Below the pieces are notes generated by a model that ran no database searches, had not been told where the DNA came from, and saw nothing but the letters and a program-made list of their open reading frames with translations. From the human T2T-CHM13v2.0 reference genome, Homo sapiens: a stretch of 64,000 nucleotides of DNA. How positions within the stretch are numbered: position 1 is the first letter of the stretch; each line of letters begins with the position of its first letter. Both the position numbers and the translations under genes were made by a program. Positions 37,801-55,630 of this stretch are shown one piece after another. The DNA lies in assembly GCF_009914755.1 (NCBI RefSeq), contig NC_060932.1, one strand, 5' to 3'.

Positions 37801-38055
37801 ATGGCTTGTGAGTACGGATTCATTTAATCTTCACATCATCCCTATCAGATTTATATTATTATGCCCATTTTATAGATGAGAAAACAGAAGTACAGAAATG
37901 TATCATACCTTAACCAAAGCCACAGAGTTAATAAGTGTCAGGCAATTTAAGTCAAGTGAGTCTTTTGTCTAACACCAGTGAAAAACTATTGAAGCATTTT
38001 TTTTTAACAGGCACATGACATGGCCAGGTTTACCTATTAAAAATATTACACTTGT

Positions 38056-38360
<305 letters not shown>

Positions 38361-39198
38361 TCACACTTGTTGCAATGTAACCAAAGAATGTCTTGGACTA
38401 TAATGGAGGCAAAAAAAAAAAACTTAGTGGTGGACTGATTATAAGGGATGTCATTGATGATACTGACTTTCAGAATTGCAATGCTAAAGGGATGAGGCAC
38501 TGCTGGCCAAGACAGAGGACAAACTGGGGGGAAATGTATTTTAAGTCTTGTACATATTGATTTTACAAGGACTTTGATCCTTCCCAATGAAGACATTAAG
38601 TAGAAACTTTGCTGTAAAGATCTGTTGCCCAAATGGCTAGAAATATAAAATGTGAGGCATAGCATAGCAATAATTAAACCATAACTGAAGATGAGATGGC
38701 TTTGGAACAAGCATAATCGGAGGAAAAGAGGGTGTTTAATAAATACCTCAAGGAACTCAAAAATTTAAATGCTACATAGAAAAGGATATGCCTACAAGTT
38801 GCCACTGAACCAGGAAGAAGTTAAGAAGGCTATTGTGGCAAGGGAGCTAAATAGTATATTTCAAGGGGAAGGATGTGGTCAACAGTGCTAAAAATTGTTA
38901 AAAGGGCAAATGAGATGAGGAAACAAAATATCTCTTGGATATAGAAATGGTAAAATCACTGGAGATATTGGCCATTTCAGTAGAATAATAAAGGCAGATG
39001 CTAGAACTGGGATGTGGTAGGATAAGTTTGAGGTAAGAAAATTGCAAGAAGTCCAGGTAATACTGTGTTAGAAATTTAGCTGTAAAGGAAATGGGAGAAA
39101 AAGTGATAGTAAGAGTATATGAGATATAGAATAGAGAGAATTTTTCAAAAAGGAGAGACTTTTGACTTGACTTAAAATGGTACCCCCGTTTTAAGCCA

Positions 39199-39527
39199 AG
39201 GGACTCCGATTTCTCTGCCTCCTTTCCAAGTTTGCTTATGTTTTCCCAATTTGTAAATATCAGTGTCAATTTCCCCACCTGCAAAGTGGGGATTATATTT
39301 TATAATGCTGCTATACATGGCTGCTAACTGGGAGCAAGTGAACTGTATGAGAACAATTCTGTTTTTCAACCACAATGGATGAATATTAATGTCAGATGGA
39401 TTTTTCCCCGTATGTTTCCTTGTAGAAAAAGTCGTCCTTGGAGCAGAGGGTCTAAATATCAAAAGGAAGCTTCCAATTGACATAGATTCGTTCAGTTTGT
39501 GGAAATATTAGAGACATATAGATGCGG
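39199..39527 (+). pseudogene. Duplicated copy of ADAM7 intron-1 3' end plus degenerate exon 2 (cryptic exon 39426-39527)
   Basis: 39199-39452 aligns to 41373-41627 at ~84% (about 41 differences by hand count). Acceptor ttccttgtag retained, and donor CGG|gtgaga at 39528. Confidence 0.85.
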
Positions 39528-40035
39528 GTGAGAAATAGAATCCCAAATGAAGATAAAAGGATTCTATTGGCCATGGGATAACTCTACTAACATAACAAGA
39601 GAACACAGACATACAGATGGAATTGTCGAGGCCCTTTGCACATCTGTCCATTGGTATTCTTTTTTGTATTGCTTTGAAAGGGCTCTATATTATATGGACA
39701 CTTACTCCCACCTTTTATTTATTTATTACATACATTTCTGTAGTTTGGATATTTTAATTTTAATATGTGATTTATGCCATATAAATTTTCAATATTTCTC
39801 ATTTAACAAATGTTCCTTTTAGTTTTTATATGGCATACTCTGCATAGAAAGAATTTAACCATCTTCAACCAAAGCATATATAAATATTTTTCAACATTTT
39901 TTTCCTAAGACATTCTTGATTTTTTTCCACTTTTGAAGCTTTCAGATATCTGGAATCAAATTTATATTAGACATGACGTAGGAATCTATGTCCAGCCAAC
40001 CTTCACCACCACCACCTCGGTAGTTGTCTTTAATT

Positions 40036-40050
40036 AGAACATGATGTTCA
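40036..40050. promoter_or_regulatory. Candidate androgen/glucocorticoid response element AGAACAtgaTGTTCA in the ADAM7 proximal promoter
   Basis: 11/12 match to AGAACAnnnTGTTCT with a 3-nt spacer, ~190 bp upstream of the ATG. Confidence 0.6.
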
Positions 40051-40236
40051 ACCTCCAGGTTTTAGCCTCAAGCACCTAGCAAGTTGTGTAACTCCCTCAA
40101 GGAACACTTCCTTGTTGTGGATCAAAACTGCCCACCTATCTGTGAGGTGCTTCATCCCTGCAGTGGAAGTGAGGAGGAAGAAAGGTGAACTCCTTTTCTC
40201 AAGCACTTCTGCTCTCCTCTACCAGAATCACTCAGA

Positions 40237-40288
40237 ATGCTTCCCGGGTGTATATTCTTGATGATTTTACTCATTCCTCAGGTTAAAG
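40237..40288 (+). CDS. ADAM7: ADAM7 exon 1 coding part, signal peptide MLPGCIFLMILLIPQVK(E)
   Basis: ATG in agaATGc context, hydrophobic signal peptide recognised as ADAM7, AAG|gtatgt donor at 40289 (phase 1). Confidence 0.96.
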
Positions 40289-40943
40289 GTATGTCTTGCT
40301 CTTTTTATCAGGACTTTCTTATTATGCTGTGAGGTTGTGTCTCTTTAGTCACAAACTTTAAACTGTAAGTGATAAAAACATTAAACGTTGATGATTTTTC
40401 TGAGAGCTTCGACTAGATTACAGCTAATCATGAGACTCCATGCATCTGTGTAATGCCATATCACTCTTGAACATTCTGACCCACAGTGAGGAGGAGAAAG
40501 GAGTGGACAAGTACTGCATATCTGCAGCATGGCAGGCACTGTGCTGGCCATTAGCTGCTTTGTATGTTAAAGTGTTTAAAATTTGAAATTAATATCTCCA
40601 CTTTACAGATAAGGAAAATGAGACTATTTACAGATCAGAGAAATTAAATATGCTACTGCTGGCCACACAATAAATTGGTAAAGGCTTGATTCAAATCAGA
40701 GCATATTCCAGAAACCCCATGCCCTCTCCTTTTTATTGCTCTTTAAGTATCACACCTTAATTAAGCAGGGCTCATCTCACAGATGACTATCAAGGTGATA
40801 GGACATGAATAGAAGATTATGGTTGGCACTGATGCAGGGCTACCCAAAATTCTTTAACAGGTAAAGGTCTTATACTTAACTACGAAAGGTAAGACTTTAA
40901 ATGCAAACATCCCTGGAAGACCAAATTCAGTAATTTACATTCA

Positions 40944-41409
<466 letters not shown>

Positions 41410-41563
41410 TTATATTCTCCTGATTTGTAAATATCAGTGTCAATTTCCTTGCCAGTAAAGTGGGAATAACATTTCATAGTGTTGCTGTCCATGGCTGCTA
41501 ACTGGGGGCAAATGAACTGTATTAGAACAATTCTGTTTTTCAGCCGCTGTAGACGAATGTTAA

Positions 41564-41719
<156 letters not shown>

Positions 41720-42784
41720 TAGTAAATAAGATTTGTTGCTTTCACAGGCATGTAGACAGTTGTCTCTAGCTCCAACCAGAAGCAAATAGGGAGAGAGGAG
41801 TTTCAATTTTTCTAAGGACTCCCATTCGGCATACACCATGTGCTTGGGAATAAGCAACCCCTCAATGGGTTAGAAAACAGAAAAGAGTAAAGCCTGGGTT
41901 TAGGGAATACCATTCTAAATTTTCCAGTTTATGGAGTTCCACCAACAGCTTTTCAGGCTGACTTATAACAACCTCATTTGTTCTGAGCCGGTGCCTGGTG
42001 AATGTCATCTTGAGCATGTTACTTTCCCAGAGGTCTGGTACGCAAGGTTTTTGTTTATAGAGTCTGCAGCAAAGATGTGCAACTTTCAGAGGAACTCAAA
42101 GGCCTGCTTGGTCTGTTGCTCAGAAGGGTATTTATTCAGATATTAACAATTAAATAAAAACTTGAAAGATTACTTTCAAAAGTAACGAATGCTTATTATA
42201 GAAAATAGATAATATATGTAAGAGGGAACAGGCTTGAAAATTAAGATGTTTTCAATTTCCACTGTTATAAAAGACATTAGATGAATGTCCTTAGGTATTT
42301 ATCATTAGGCACTTGATTTTTAAGCCTTAGGTTTTAATTGGGCTCATAGAGAATACTGACAGGCACGTTGCCCAAACGTACTATGGAAATCCAAACCCTT
42401 CCCAATGAATTTCTTCTGTCCACCATTAGAGCAGCCAGTTTTTCAAGTTCTCACTTGTTAGGTTTCTCAGTCATAAATTAGATACACTTCACTTTTCTAA
42501 ACAGTCCCACTGAGATCTGTTTCCTATGGCTTGAGATGATTAAAATAAAAAGCAACTCTCCGTCTCCTCCCGTTTGGAAGTAATATGTAACTATTTTGTT
42601 CAACGATTCTCTTTAATATGCGACTCTATTCTCACTTTCTCAGACTTTGTCTTGGCTGAAGATTGGTACTCAGCTAAGGGGGCTTTCACCAGCTTTCTAC
42701 CACCCACTGTGCATACACTGGTGGCGTCTTCTCACGACTACTGTCCTAAGACTTAATCAAGACTGATGTTAAAAATCTCATTAT

Positions 42785-43103
42785 GGCTGGGTGCAGTGGC
42801 TCATGCCTGTAACCCCAGCACTTTGGGAGGCCGAGGAGGGCAGATCACGTGAGGCCAGGAGTTCAAGACCAGCCTGGCCAACATGGTGAAACCCCATCTC
42901 TACTAAAAATACAAAAATTAGCCAGGCATGGTGGTGTGCACCTGTAATCCCAGCTACTCCGGAGGCTGAGGTGAATCGCTTGAACCCAGGAGGCAGAGGT
43001 TGCAGTGAGCCAAGATCATGCCACTGTGCTCCAGCCTGGGCAACAGAGCAAGACTCTCTCAAAAAATAAAAATAAAATAAAATAAAATAAAATAAAATAA
43101 AAA
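42785..43103 (+). mobile_element. Alu (AluS-type) with (TAAAA)n tail
   Basis: Full dimer. TSD approximately aaaatctcattat / aaaatatcattat. Confidence 0.93.
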
Positions 43104-43114
43104 TATCATTATGA

Positions 43115-44130
43115 ATATACCAGATAAGCTTGGATAAGGGCAAGGAATATAAACAATGAACCTAAAGCTTCTTGTATACCAGAATATGCTCAAACAGACA
43201 AAACAAAATTCAAACCACATTGAAGGGGTCTTGTCAAAAGAATTCAGAAGCCAACAGAAAGAGCTCCCGATGGCCAAAGCTGGGATAATGTGAAGAACAA
43301 AATAAATAACAGCTTTGTATTATGACATGAAGTGTAAATAAATATCATGAGCCCATACTGATATAAATAAATGACTGAATAAATAATATATAATAAATAA
43401 ATAAATAAATTAAATAAATAAATTGAAAAAATGGACACTTCTTCTGGGAGAGGAATCAAATAATTTATGTAGATGCTGTCCTCTCCAGGGGGTGGAACCT
43501 AAATCCCCACCCATTAAGTGTGGGTTGTAGATTGTGACTTCCTTCCAGGAAGTACCATACTGAAGGGGGGAAAGAGTCATTTTACAGAGAGAAAGATGAA
43601 AACACCACCTCAGCCACGTGATCAGGTTTAACACTTGCTAAGTCCTGTGGCTAGTAGGGTGTAATAAAATGGCATTTTCTATTATGGCTCTCACCTCAAA
43701 ATCTGTAACATCAGTCTAAGCATGAGAAAAATATCAGAACAAAAACAAATTGTAAGACGCCCTACAAAATGCTTGACAGATACTCCCCATAAAGGTCCAG
43801 ATCGTAAAAAAAAAAACACAAAAAAACGAAAAAACCTGAGAAACTGTGAGACTTGAGGAGGCTAAGGAGACCTGACAACTAAACGTAGTGTGGAATCTGG
43901 GATCAGATCCTGAAAGAGTTAAAGCACATCAGGGAAAAACTAAGAAGACCTGAATAACTATAATTAATAGTAGTTTATGAATCTGGGCTTATTCGTTGTG
44001 ACAAATAGACTATAGTAATGTCAGATGCTAATAAACAGGGAAACCTGAGTGCAGAGTATATGGAAACTCTGTACTATCTTTCCAACTTTTCTGTAAATCT
44101 AAAATGATTCCAAAATAAAAATTAAAAACC
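43115..44130 (+). mobile_element. L1MC/L1MD-type 3' region
   Basis: gagctcccgatggccaaagctgg...ggaaactctgtactatctttccaacttttctgtaaatctaaaatgattccaaaataaaa. Confidence 0.75.
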
Positions 44131-44469
44131 AAATTGTTATTAAAAACAGTATTAATGACACAATTTAAAATATCCTATTAACAATATTGACAATATTAAA
44201 AATCTTCTAATATTTGTTAATATAAAATCCATATCTGAATTTCCAAAAAAGTTCCATTGCCACCATTACACCCATACATGCATGTACACATACATGCAGA
44301 CACACACACATACACACCTCTACACATACAACTCATCATGTTGCAAAATGTGACCAAACCCTTTCTATCTGATTAAGTACCCACCCTAGTTTCTTGGCCT
44401 CCCACGTGGGGATTCTGTGTCTTTATGATAAAGCTGTAATTTTATTGTTCAACTTGCAGTCAAAACAAC

Positions 44470-45242
44470 CTTAACTAATGCACACTTAACATTGAATAAA
44501 CACAAAACTCTCCTTCCCAACCTCATAGCTGACCCTCTTCAGATCCTCCTTGCTATAGTAGCACAGCTCTACAAGTTAAACAAATCAGAAATCTGGGCTT
44601 AGTCTTGACTACTCTCTCTTACTCCATCTGACTATCACTGAGGCTTGTAGATTCTAGCATGTAAATGTCTTTTAAAGTTATCTACTCCTTACTCCTCTGC
44701 TCAAATCATCTGCATTCATCAACAGCCTTAAATGGTTTTCCTGGCTATAGTACTGAGTTTTGCTAATCCATTATCTACAATAAGTAAAGTACTAAAACAC
44801 CATGCTTGCTATGGCATGTTTCTGCCTAGATATTTTGCTTCTCTTTGTTCATAGGATAAGGCCCAAATCTTTGACTTACTAGGTTGAACATGATTTACTC
44901 CTTCCCACTTTGTCATTTCATTTCTATTCAACTTACACCTGATTTTCCAGTAATATTGAACCTCTGTCTGTTCTTCAAATGTGTCATGTTCCTTCCTGGC
45001 TCAGAGCCTTGGCATGTGCTGTTCCCTGCCCCTGACTTCTCCTTGTAATATCCCTGGCACAGTCCTTGCATTTCTCCTATTATGATGCTCATTACACTCC
45101 ACTATGTGTGCTTGGTTATCCAGTGTTTTTCTCTGCCAAGCAGGGACTTCCATGAGGGCAGAGACCTCCACCGTCTACACCATTGTATTTTCCATATTAT
45201 CTCTGTGCCTGAAATAGTAGTCATTGAATAAATGAATGAACA
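44470..45242 (+). mobile_element. LINE-2 3' remnant
   Basis: cagagccttggcatgtgctgttccct...catgagggcagagac...ttgaataaatgaatgaa terminus. Confidence 0.7.
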
Positions 45243-46309
45243 GTCATCTCAAAGTAATGTGCAACATGTATGACCAACAACTGTGAATCTTAAATTATAG
45301 AGAATTTTTAAGAAGCATGAAGAAATAAAATACCACAAAAGAAACTGGTGAAAGGGCATGAATCAGAATCCATATGAAAACTACAAATAACTAAATAAAT
45401 AAAGGAAAAATATTGATGTGAATGATCATCCAGGAAAACAATTTATCACAATAAGTCATCATTTCATTGTTTAAAATATTTGTATTAATCATAATATCTA
45501 TTATTGGTAAGAAGGCAAGGAAACAGAAACTGCTATAAATTGATGGTGAGGTTCTAAACATGACCACTTCCTTTCTTCATGATAGTTTGGCAATAGTTAT
45601 AAAAGCTTTACATTTTTTTTCATGTCATTGAAAATGCAGCTCTGTCCAACGACAGGGAATACCCCAAACCAAATTTCTCATAGTAAATATAGATTAAATA
45701 AATGAAGTTTCACTCACATTGTGCTTAGCTGCCTAAAGACACATACTATAAAAAATTTATTAAAATAGGAAATAGTCATGATTTATCATTGAGTGGAAAG
45801 TAGACGAAAAAACAGTATGTATAAAAATCGCTTTAAAAATGCGTGAACAGGATATCTGTGTATAGAGCTGCTACATGGACATATGGTAAATGGTGTATCC
45901 TTGGATGAGGAGAGAATCTGCATTTTCCATTTAATTGTATAACTAGAAACTATATATAATATGCTATATTATATTATATTAAACTATATTATAACATGCT
46001 ATGTTATAATATAAATAGTTGTAATATAACTAATAATATAAACTATAATATAAAAGAATAACTATATTTATATTTTATTCTAATATAACTAGAAGAAATC
46101 TAGTTCTAAAATATAACTAGAATGAGGTTTGTAAAATCTTCCTTCTAATATTAGCTCTCTTTCAATTCATCTTTATCAGTATTTTGCATTTTGGCTGAAA
46201 GGACTGCTGGGTGGATTGGAGATAGGGAACATTCACCCAAAGCACTACTTGCTCCAGAACACACTAAATGAGCCCATGTTGAAGTCACGTGATGCCTCTT
46301 CTTTTTTAG

Positions 46310-46386
46310 AAAACGTATGAAGAAGAATTGTTGTATGAAATAAAACTAAATAGAAAAACCTTAGTCCTTCATCTTCTAAGATCCAG
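46310..46386 (+). CDS. ADAM7: ADAM7 exon 3 (KTYEEELLYEIKLNRKTLVLHLLRS + AG)
   Basis: cttttttag acceptor and CAG|gtaagt donor. 77 nt, phase 0 to phase 2. Prodomain LHL motif. Confidence 0.96.
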
Positions 46387-47058
46387 GTAAGTTCTATTGT
46401 GATTCCAGTACCTTATAGATTTTAGTAATTATGGTAAGCCAATTTTCGTAAAAACTGCCAGTGAAGAGGATTCCTCAATTTTTATTTGCACGTAATCTGA
46501 ATTTTTCCTCTTCAAATAAAAGCTCTTCATGTGTAAGCCAATCACATCTCAAAAGCTTAAAGACAATCACAGATGCCACTGTTCTCCTGTTCCTAAATAA
46601 CTCCCTACTTTGAATACTTGCAGTTTTTTGAGCTCCATATAGTCACTCTAAGAACAGGGTTGATACATTACTGTGTTGGGAATCAGTGGAACAAAAGAGA
46701 TGTGAAAAACATGGTTTTTAAAATGACTTCTAAGTTGTGTAAACTAGATATCAAATCAAGTTCCATTGCAGAGTAAACTAAGAAATGTAGCGCATTTGCT
46801 TCGTCAAGACATCTTGTGTAACCAAATAGTGTAATTGCAATGTCTATAACTTTCTTCATTGGCTTTCTTCAAAAGAATGTCTATTGTTGCCGCTGTTTAA
46901 GTTTCATTGTTTTTCCATTGGGCCATTTCTACACAAAATAGCTCTGTCTCAGAGCCCCAGATATTAAAAGGATGAGGAGCTGTCAAATGCTAAGCAGAAA
47001 GAAAGAGTGACACTACTGGGGAATTGAGACTTTGGTCTATTAGCTAAAAGTAAATAAC

Positions 47059-47061
<3 letters not shown>

Positions 47062-47105
<44 letters not shown>
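47062..47105. repeat. (CA)n microsatellite
   Basis: About 21-22 uninterrupted AC units. Confidence 0.95.
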
Positions 47106-47108
<3 letters not shown>

Positions 47109-47986
47109 CAAACCCTCCCTCTATTCTGAATCCGTCACCAGACAAATGTGCCGAATAATAAACATAATCCCATAACCATATTGATAATACATTTAGACTC
47201 TGCATATTTTCACCTTCTCAGCATGAAAGAAGCAAAGATTTATTGAGAGATTTCTATCTCTGTTACTTTTTAATTCCTGAAAAATGTATATGAGACAGAT
47301 ATTGTTTAATTTACACTTTGCTGAGGAAGAATTATAGGTACAATGAAAAGATAACTTGTCCAGGGTCACAATACTCATAAGCACATGATGATGCAGATGG
47401 TCTGACTGAAGAGTTCCAAGTTACCTTCACAATTACCCCAGGCTGCCTAGGCCTCTGAGTCAATTTCATTGTATTAGCCACTGCGTAATTCTGCTAATCA
47501 GCCTGTAGTGGCATGTTAGTGAATTGTACACACAGAGAGCAGTTTAATCTAATTTCAACATCTGTAATAGGCAACACTGCCTCATTCCCTCAGTTCTACA
47601 AAGTAAATGAATTTAGTGCATACCACAGAGCCTCTAAATCTGTGAATATTATGTGATTGGATGTTTTTGTAATACAGTAACAAACAGAAACTGATCTTAT
47701 TAATTTAGATTTCTATTTGTCTTTCTCTCCATGACCACACTTTTCAACATTTCCCCTCTAAGTTTCATTCAGCTTGTTTATTATTATTATTATTATTATT
47801 ATACTTTAAGTTTTAGGGTACATGTGCACAATGTGCAGGTTAGTTTACATGGGCCATGGTGGTGTGCTGCACCCATTAACTCGTCATTTAGCATTAGGTA
47901 TATCTCCTAATGCTATCCCTCCCCCAACCCCACAACAGTCCCCAGTGTGTGATGTTCCCCTTCCTGTGTCCATGTGTTCTCATTGT

Positions 47987-51808
<3,822 letters not shown>

Positions 51809-51871
51809 TATGATGTTAGCTGGTTATTTTGCTGGTTAGTTGATGCAGTTTCTTCCTAGCCTCGATGGTCT

Positions 51872-52888
51872 TTACAATTTGGCATGATTTTGCAGTGGCT
51901 GGTACCAGTTGTTCCTTTCCATGTTTCGTGCTTCCTTCAGGAGCTCTTGTAGGGCAGGCCTGGTGGTGACAAAATCTCTCAGCATTTGCTTGTCTGTAAA
52001 GGATTTTATTTCTCCTTCACTTATGAAGCTTAGTTTGGCTGGATATGAAATTCTGGGTTGAAAATTCTTTTCTTTAAGAATGTTGAATATTGGCCCCCAC
52101 TCTCTTCTGGCTTGTAGGGTTTCTGCCGAGAGATCTGCTGTTAGTCTGATGGGCTTCCCTTTGAGGGTAACCCGACCTTTCTCTCTGGCTGCCCTTAACA
52201 TTTTTTCCTTCATTTCAACTTTGGTGAATCTGACAATTATGTGTGTTGGAGTTGCTCTTCTCGAGGAGTATCTTTGTGGCATTCTCTGTATTTCCTGAAT
52301 CTGAATGTTGGCCTGCCTTGCTAGATTGGGGAAGTTCTCCTGGATAATATCTTGCAGAGTGTTTTCCAACTTGGTTCCATTCTCCCCATCAGTTTCAGGT
52401 ACACCAATGAGACGTAGATTTGGTCTTTTCACATAGTCCCATATTTCTTGGAGGCTTTGCTCATTTCTTTTTATTCTTTTTTCTCTAAACTTCCCTTCTC
52501 GCTTCATTTCATTCATTTCATCTTCCATCACTGATACCCTTTCTTCCAATTGATCACATCGGCTCCTGAGGCTTCTGCATTCTTCACGTAGTTCTCGAGC
52601 CTTGGCTTTCAGCTCCATCAGCTCCTTTAAGCACTTCTCTGTATTGGTTATTCTAGTTGTACACTCATCTAAATTTTTTTCAAAGTTTTTAACTTCTTTG
52701 CCTTTGGTTTGAATTTCCTCCTGTAGCTCGGAGTAGTTTGATCGTCTGAAGCCTTCTTCTCTCACCTCGTCAAAGTCATTCTCCATTCAGCTTTATTCCG
52801 TTGCTGGTGAGGAACTGCGTTCCTTTGGAGGAGGAGAGGCGCTCTCCTTTATAGAGTTTCCAGTTTTTCTGCTCTGTTTTTTCTCCAT
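51872..52888 (-). pseudogene. L1 ORF1 with two nonsense codons (32 TAA, 34 TGA); open from Met35 (304 aa)
   Basis: ATG at 52888, 1017 nt to the stop. The minus strand reads gaa TAA agc TGA ATG gag. Confidence 0.9.
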
Positions 52889-53470
52889 CTTTGTGGTTTT
52901 ATCTACTTTTGGTCTCTGATGATGGTGATGTACAGATGGGTTTTTGGTGTGGATGTCCTTTCTGTTTGTTAGTTTTCCTTCTAACAGACAGGACCCTCAG
53001 CTGCAGGTCTGTTGGTGTTTGCTAGAGGTCCACTCCAGACCTGTTTGCCTGGGTATCCGCAGCAGTGGCTGCAGAACAGCGGACTTTTGTGAACCGCGAA
53101 TGCTGCTGTCTGATCGTTCCTCTGGAAGTTTTGTCTCAGAGGAGTACCCGGCTGTGTGAGATGTCAGTCTGCCCCTACTGGGGGGTGCCTCCCAGTTAGG
53201 CTGCTCAGGGGTCAGGGGTCAGGGACCCACTCGAGGAGGCAGTCTGCCCATTCTCAGATCTCCAGCTGCATGCTGGGAGAACCACTGCTCTCTTTAAAGC
53301 TGTCAGACAGGGACATTTAAGTCTGCAGAGGTTACTGCTGTCTTTTTGTTTGTCTGTGCCCTGCCCCCAGAGGTGGAGCCTACAGAGGCAGGCCGGTCTC
53401 CTTGAGCTGTGGTGGGCTCCACCCAGTTCGAGCTTCCTGGCTGCTTTGTTTACCTAAGCAAGCCTGGGCA

Positions 53471-53809
53471 ATGGCGGGCGCCCCTCCCCCAGCCTCGCTG
53501 CCGCCTTGCAGTTTGATCTCAGACTGCTGTGCTAGCAATCAGCAAGACTCCATGGGCGTAAGACCCTCCGAGCCAGGTGCGGGATATAATCTCCTGGTGC
53601 GCCATTTTTTAAGCCCGTCGGAAAAGTGCAGTATTAGGGTGGGAGTGACCCGATTTTGCAGGTGCCATCTGTCACCCCTTTCTTTGACTAGGAAAGGGAA
53701 CTCCCTGATCCCTTGCGCTTCCCGGGGTGAGGCAATGCCTCGCCCTGCTTCTGCTCGTGCACGGTGCGCTGCACCCACTGTCCTGCGCCCACTGTCTGGC
53801 ACTCCCTAG
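53471..53809 (+). CDS. L1 ORF0 homologue (MAGAPPPASLPPCSLISDCCASNQ...), open and C-terminally extended
   Basis: gcaATGg Kozak context, within the open frame 53402..53809. Donor-like sites at +106 (CAG|gtgcgg) and +191 (CAG|gtgcca). Expression not shown. Confidence 0.6.
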   Translation: MAGAPPPASLPPCSLISDCCASNQQDSMGVRPSEPGAGYNLLVRHFLSPSEKCSIRVGVTRFCRCHLSPLSLTRKGNSLIPCASRGEAMPRPASARARCAAPTVLRPLSGTP

Positions 53810-54517
53810 TGAGATGAACCCGGTACCTCAGATGGAAATGCAGAAATCACCCGTCTTCTGCATCGCTCACGCTGGGAGCTGTAGACCGGAGCTGTTCCTA
53901 TTCGTCCATCTTGGCTGCCCTCCCCCTCAGCTTGGTTTTAATAATAATAAATACTTATTTTATAAACTCATGTTGAGAAATAGCGATGAATCTTTCTAGG
54001 ACAACAATGTTAAATCAGATTGTACATTCATTCTGTGGAAACGTTGATTGGGTCAATTTTCTGTTCGCTATAATAAATCTATTAATAGATGAAGAGTTTT
54101 ATTTGTATGTGCGTATGAGTCACCAGAAATATTAATTTAGAATCTACTATACAACCAAGCAGTTTATTATATATTTTATATATGCTATTTCAAAACAACC
54201 ACAAAATAATTATATTCTATTTACCTGTTGCATCTAGTTAATGTTCCCAAAAAGTTTACTATGATAAAATTTTAACACACAGAGCAGAATTGAAAAAAAT
54301 CCATATACCCGCTAACATATACATATACCCATAGATCCATTAAGTTACACATATTCACTAATATTTTACTATTTCTGTTTTATATCATCTTTCTCATCTA
54401 TCCATTCATCCATCAATCCATTCATCCTCCATGTTATTTTTATGCATTTTAAATTATATTACAGACATCAGTTTACTTTCCCCTCAATACATGAACAAGG
54501 TTAGCATTAGAGTTTAG

Positions 54518-54838
<321 letters not shown>

Positions 54839-54944
54839 TGAATTTTTTCTTTGTATAACATTTTCATAAAATGAAATGCACAAATTTTAAATGTCCATCT
54901 ACATATTTGTTGAATTTTATGTATGTATGTATGTATGCATGCAT

Positions 54945-55630
54945 GTATTCACTTATTGTAATTTGACAAACTATGATTGTATATATTTATGGGGCCAAAG
55001 TGATGTTATGATTCATGAATACAATGTGTAATAATTAAATCAAGCTAATTAACATATCTATCACCTCAACTACTTATTTTTTTTTTTGTGGTGCAAACAC
55101 TTGAAATTTACTCTCTAAGATTATTTACTCTCACTATTATTAAGTAAATTCACCATGCGGTGCAACAGATCCCAATAAAACTCAAACTAACTTACTCATC
55201 CCATGTAACTTGGGCTTTGTACCCTTTGACCATCATCTCCACATTTTTCCTACAGCTCCAGTCACTGGTGACCACCATTTTATTCTCTGCTTCTATGAGT
55301 TCAATTTTTCTAGATTCCACATATAAATGAGATTATGCAGTATTTGTCTTCCTGTGCCTGGCTTTTTTCATTTGGCATAATGTTCTCCAATTCCACACAT
55401 GTTGTCATAAATGACAGAATTTTCCTCTATTTTAAGGCCGAACATTATTCCATTGTGTATCTTTACCATATTCTCTTTATCTATTCATCTGTCGATGGAC
55501 GCCTAGGTTGATTCCATAATTTGGCTATTGTGAATAGTGTTGCAATGAATATGGGGGAGGAGACATCTTTCCCACATAGTGATTCCAAATCTTTTACGTA
55601 AACACCCACAAGTGGAATTGCTGGGTCCAT
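54945..55630 (-). mobile_element. L1MA 3' fragment
   Basis: attgtatatatttatgggg...aacatatctatcacctca...gtggaattgctgggtc. Confidence 0.75.
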
